This document shows positions 63,327 to 64,000 of a DNA stretch of 64,000 bases, piece by piece. Origin of the DNA: Eledone cirrhosa (lineage: Eukaryota); assembly GCA_964016885.1 (NCBI GenBank), contig OZ024744.1:72664001-72728000 (forward strand). Direction: 5' to 3'. The translations under genes were made by a program, and so were the position numbers. How positions within the stretch are numbered: the stretch's first letter is position 1; each line of letters opens with the position of its first letter. The notes beneath the pieces were generated by a model. That model ran no database searches and was not told the origin of the DNA. It saw nothing but the letters and a program-made list of their open reading frames with translations.

Positions 63327-64000
63327 TATGCTGTCATGAGGCTTGCAATGGAGGCCTGCCATGGCACTTGCAATGGAGACCTGTCATGGCACTTGCAATG
63401 GAGACCTGTCATAGGGCTTGCAATGGAGGTCTGCCGTGGCACTTGCAATGGAGGCCTGTCATGGCACTTGCAATGGAGACCTGTCATGGGGCTTGCAATG
63501 GAGTCCTGCCGTGGCACTTGCAATGGAGTCCTGCCGTGGCACTTGCAATGGAGGTCTGCCATGGCACTTGCAATGGAGGCCTGTCATGGCACTTGCAACG
63601 GAGGCCTGTCATGGCACTTGCAATGGAGACCTGTCATGGGGCTTGCAATGGAGACCTGTCATGGGGCTTGCAATGGAGGCCTGTCATGGGGCTTGCAATG
63701 GAGGCTTGTCATGGGGCTTGCAATGTAAGCCTGTCATGGTGCTTGCAATGGAGGCCTGTCATGGTGCTTGCAATGGAGACCTGTCATGGGGCTTGCAATG
63801 GAGTCCTGTCATGGCACTTGCAACGGAGGCCTGTCATGGCACTTGCAATGGAGACCTGTCATGGGGCTTGCAATGGAGGTCTGCCGTGGCACTTGCAATG
63901 GAGGCCTGTCATGGCACTTGCAATGAAGACCTGTCATGGGGCTTGCAATGGAGGTCTGCCGTGGCACTTGCAATGGAGGCCTGTCATGGCACTTGCAATG
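63327..64000. repeat. 25-bp minisatellite, ~27 copies, running off the window end
   Basis: Unit ggcctgtcatggcacttgcaatgga, with variants (gggc/gcac and gac/ggc/gtc). Confidence 0.97.

Noticed and set aside
63336-63728. 130-aa Cys/His/Trp-rich repetitive ORF
   Set aside because: It is a translation of the 25-bp minisatellite, whose unit length is not a multiple of 3.

Overview
Eukaryotic, AT-rich, repeat-dominated DNA. The SINE and LINE repertoire resembles an octopod cephalopod (inference from repeat content only). The only host gene I can support is on the + strand: a 127-nt coding exon of a MICU2/MICU3-type mitochondrial calcium uptake protein (57648-57774), plus a probable upstream 24-nt in-frame micro-exon (44113-44136). 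Much of the window is therefore probably intronic. The rest consists of three RTE LINE families whose reverse transcriptase carries an internal C4HC3 (PHD-like) finger, L1/Tx1 and R4-like fragments, Penelope-like (PLE) remnants, Helitrons, mariner/maT relics, MITEs, tRNA-derived SINEs, minisatellites and very long (TA)n tracts. The most striking hidden signal is a set of seven minimal type-I hammerhead ribozyme motifs in six unrelated sequence contexts. Two contexts show the U3-A8 core variant, and one pair lies in a 242-bp inverted repeat just upstream of the micro-exon. A degenerate HDV-like fold also marks the 5' end of a near full-length RTE. All structures were read by eye; no folding program or database search was run.
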